Source of the DNA: an archaeon
GTDB taxonomy: Archaea; Iainarchaeota; Iainarchaeia; Iainarchaeales; CSSED10-239
DNA: 17,284 bases
Assembly: GCA_037147375.1 (NCBI GenBank)
Contig: JBAWVI010000005.1
Span: forward strand, 1 to 17,284
Reading direction: 5' to 3'
Shown: positions 15,672 through 17,284 of the stretch, piece by piece
How positions within the stretch are numbered: the first letter of the stretch is position 1
Layout of the letters: every line of letters starts with the position of its first letter
Translations under genes and position numbers: made by a program
Notes under the pieces: generated by a model
Databases searched by the model: none
What the model was told of the DNA's origin: nothing
What the model saw: only the letters and a program-made list of their open reading frames with translations

Positions 15672-16016
15672 CTATTCATCAACAACTCTTCTATAATAAA
15701 CAGTTTCTCCAACAAGTGGATTAAACCTTTTAATTTTAATAACGTCTCCAACTTTAACTTCCATGTGTCTGATAGCAGGATCAGAAATATAAATGAAAGG
15801 AAGTTTTTCAGGTTCTATTTTTTTCTTTGCAAGTTCAAGAACCTCTTCTTCGTTTAAGACATCATGAGAAGGAACGTAATTATGTTTTATTTCTTCCTTA
15901 AGTCTTCTTTGCCTTCTAGTCTTTCTATAAGATGCAATTTCATCAACATCTTCTTGACCATCTTCTCTTGGTTCTTTAATTTTAATTTTATTTCCTTGAC
16001 CTTTTATTCTGCCCAT
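15672..16016 (-). CDS. rpoH: DNA-directed RNA polymerase subunit H (Rpo5) with a ~44-aa charged N-terminal extension
   Basis: The C-terminal ~70 aa match the RpoH/Rpb5 C-domain pattern: HNYVPSHDVLNEEEV...LPFIYISDPAIRHMEVKVGDVIKIKRFNPLVGETVYYRRVV. First gene of the canonical rpoH-B-A cluster. SD-like GAAGTG upstream. Confidence 0.9.
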   Translation of the reverse strand: MGRIKGQGNKIKIKEPREDGQEDVDEIASYRKTRRQRRLKEEIKHNYVPSHDVLNEEEVLELAKKKIEPEKLPFIYISDPAIRHMEVKVGDVIKIKRFNPLVGETVYYRRVVDE

Positions 16017-16389
16017 GAAGTCAACACTTCCTTTATAGTTTAAATTTAATAATTATAATTATTTAGAGTTATGGCTATACTTTTATGGCTGTCCTTAAAT
16101 GTATTTAAGATTAAATAAAATTGCGTAATGATGGATAATGATAAGTATATTGCCAAAAACAAGAACATAAGATAATTAGAAAGCAAAACATTTAAAAAGA
16201 GTTTGTTTTTATCCCTTGGATTAGGGTTATGTAGCTTTCTATAACCCATTTTTGTTTAAAAAGGTTCTGGTCTCTAGATTTTCTTAAAAATATTTAGAAA
16301 GGGAAAGTAATTTAAAGCTTACTCATAACCTATATTTAGTTTATATTATATAAGTCTATATTTATATTAAAATTAAAGGTGAAAAATAT

Positions 16390-17094
16390 ATGGAAAGAGT
16401 TCCAACTGGTGTTAAAGGATTAGATGAATTAATTCAAGGAGGTGTTCCAAAAGGAGCAACTATTCTTGTTTCTGGAGGTGCAGGTTCTGGTAAAACTATT
16501 TTAGCAACTACTTTTATTTATGAAGGTGCTAAAAAATATGGTGAACCAGGACTACTTGTAACTGTTGAAGATAATCTTAAGAACATTGTATGGAACATGG
16601 AAAACTTTGATTGGGACATTAAATCTTTAGAACAAAAGAATCTAATGAAGATATATAGAATGCACATTGATCCAAGACAACCAATTGAAGCACAAATAGA
16701 TAAGGAACTTGATATTATTACATCAATGGTTAAAGATATTGGAGCAGTAAGATTAACAGTTGATTCAACAACTGCATTTGGTGCATGGATATCTGATCCA
16801 GGTAAGCTTAGAAATCTATTATTTAGATTTACAGATTATTTAAAAGATCTTAATTGTACAACTATGTTAACTGCAGAAACAAATGGTAGAGATTTTTCTG
16901 CATTTGGAGTAGAAGAATTCGTTGTTGATGGTATCTTCATGATGTATTTTATACCACCAAACAGATCACTATTTATTAGAAAATTAAGAGGAACAAAACA
17001 CTCTCAAGCAGTTCATCCTTGTCAAATAACACCAAACGGTGTTGAGATAAATTCAAAGGATGAAGTAATGTGGGCATCAATCAAGCAATATTAA
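16390..17094 (+). CDS. Single-domain KaiC-like RecA-superfamily ATPase
   Basis: 234 aa. VPTGVKGLDELIQGGVPKGATILVSGGAGSGKTILATTFIYEGAKKYGEPGLLVTVED... Walker A GGAGSGKT (29-36), Walker B VRLTVD (121-126), catalytic Glu in VTVED. AGGTGA SD at 16377-16382. Confidence 0.88.
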   Translation: MERVPTGVKGLDELIQGGVPKGATILVSGGAGSGKTILATTFIYEGAKKYGEPGLLVTVEDNLKNIVWNMENFDWDIKSLEQKNLMKIYRMHIDPRQPIEAQIDKELDIITSMVKDIGAVRLTVDSTTAFGAWISDPGKLRNLLFRFTDYLKDLNCTTMLTAETNGRDFSAFGVEEFVVDGIFMMYFIPPNRSLFIRKLRGTKHSQAVHPCQITPNGVEINSKDEVMWASIKQY

Positions 17095-17123
17095 ATTGCT
17101 TGAATATTTTTTCTTTTTTTTTA
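17081..17123 (+). terminator. Intrinsic-terminator-like hairpin plus T tract after the KaiC-like gene
   Basis: 9-bp stem, 17081-17089 TCAAGCAAT pairing with 17095-17103 ATTGCTTGA. The 5-nt loop contains the TAA stop (17092-17094). Followed by ATATTTTTTCTTTTTTTTTATTT. Confidence 0.55.
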
Positions 17124-17264
17124 TTTAGGTCTTGGAGATAAGTGTTTTCTTAATGCAGAAATTCCAAGCTTCTTTTTCTTTAATGGAATCCCACTATCCT
17201 TAATTACTCTTTCAAGTCTCTTCCTAAGTTCCCTATTTTCTTGAATATTATTACCCATATTCAT
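17121..17264 (-). CDS. Possible 47-aa basic small protein (MNMGNNIQENRELRKRLERVIKDSGIPLKKKKLGISALRKHLSPRPK)
   Basis: ATG at 17264-17262 preceded by AAGGAAAAGA, and TAA at 17123-17121. Convergent with the KaiC-like gene. Below the ORF-track length cutoff. No family recognised. Confidence 0.3.
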   Translation of the reverse strand: MNMGNNIQENRELRKRLERVIKDSGIPLKKKKLGISALRKHLSPRPK

Positions 17265-17284
17265 TCTTTTCCTTTATTTTGCCC

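Noticed and set aside
16121-16150. Possible C/D-box sRNA suggested by AATGATGG and AATGATAA.
   Set aside because: There is no exact RUGAUGA C box, no CUGA D box at the expected spacing, and no terminal stem.
1-17284. tRNA, rRNA, CRISPR arrays, transposases or IS ends.
   Set aside because: No GC-rich cloverleaf-like segments, no regularly spaced direct repeats, and no transposase-like ORF or long terminal inverted repeats were visible in any intergenic region.

Overview
Very AT-rich archaeal chromosomal segment, with almost everything on the minus strand. All calls were made by eye; no searches were run. The core is the archaeal RNA polymerase / 'str' superoperon: rpoH, rpoB2 (B''), rpoB1 (B'), rpoA1 (A'), rpoA2 (A''), rpl30e, an 89-aa ORF where nusA normally sits, rps12, rps7, two unassigned ORFs (151 and 298 aa), aEF-2, and a 502-aa repeat protein where tuf/rps10 normally follow. 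The split B subunit, reduced or odd accessory content and extreme AT richness suggest a euryarchaeal-type or DPANN-like small-genome lineage; this is inference only. A single-domain KaiC-like ATPase lies on the plus strand, divergent from rpoH. A truncated Rossmann-like gene runs off the left edge. I saw no rRNA, tRNA, CRISPR array, transposase or intein. The most unusual part is the 0.8-kb non-coding stretch at 221-1038. It holds two paralogous, self-contained mini transcription units, each with a consensus TATA box, a 5'-UTR hairpin, a G-run SD, a poly-lysine micro-ORF of 11 or 16 codons, and a hairpin plus oligo-T terminator. A clustered TGTCCAA motif sits upstream of them. Other points worth follow-up are the leaderless two-gene insertion between rps7 and fusA (the 151-aa ORF shows weak colinear uS10-like motifs), the nusA-slot replacement, the 502-aa degenerate-repeat protein, Lys/Glu-rich extensions on L30e and RpoH, and bacterial-looking stop-codon-spanning hairpin/T-tract terminators at transcription-unit ends.
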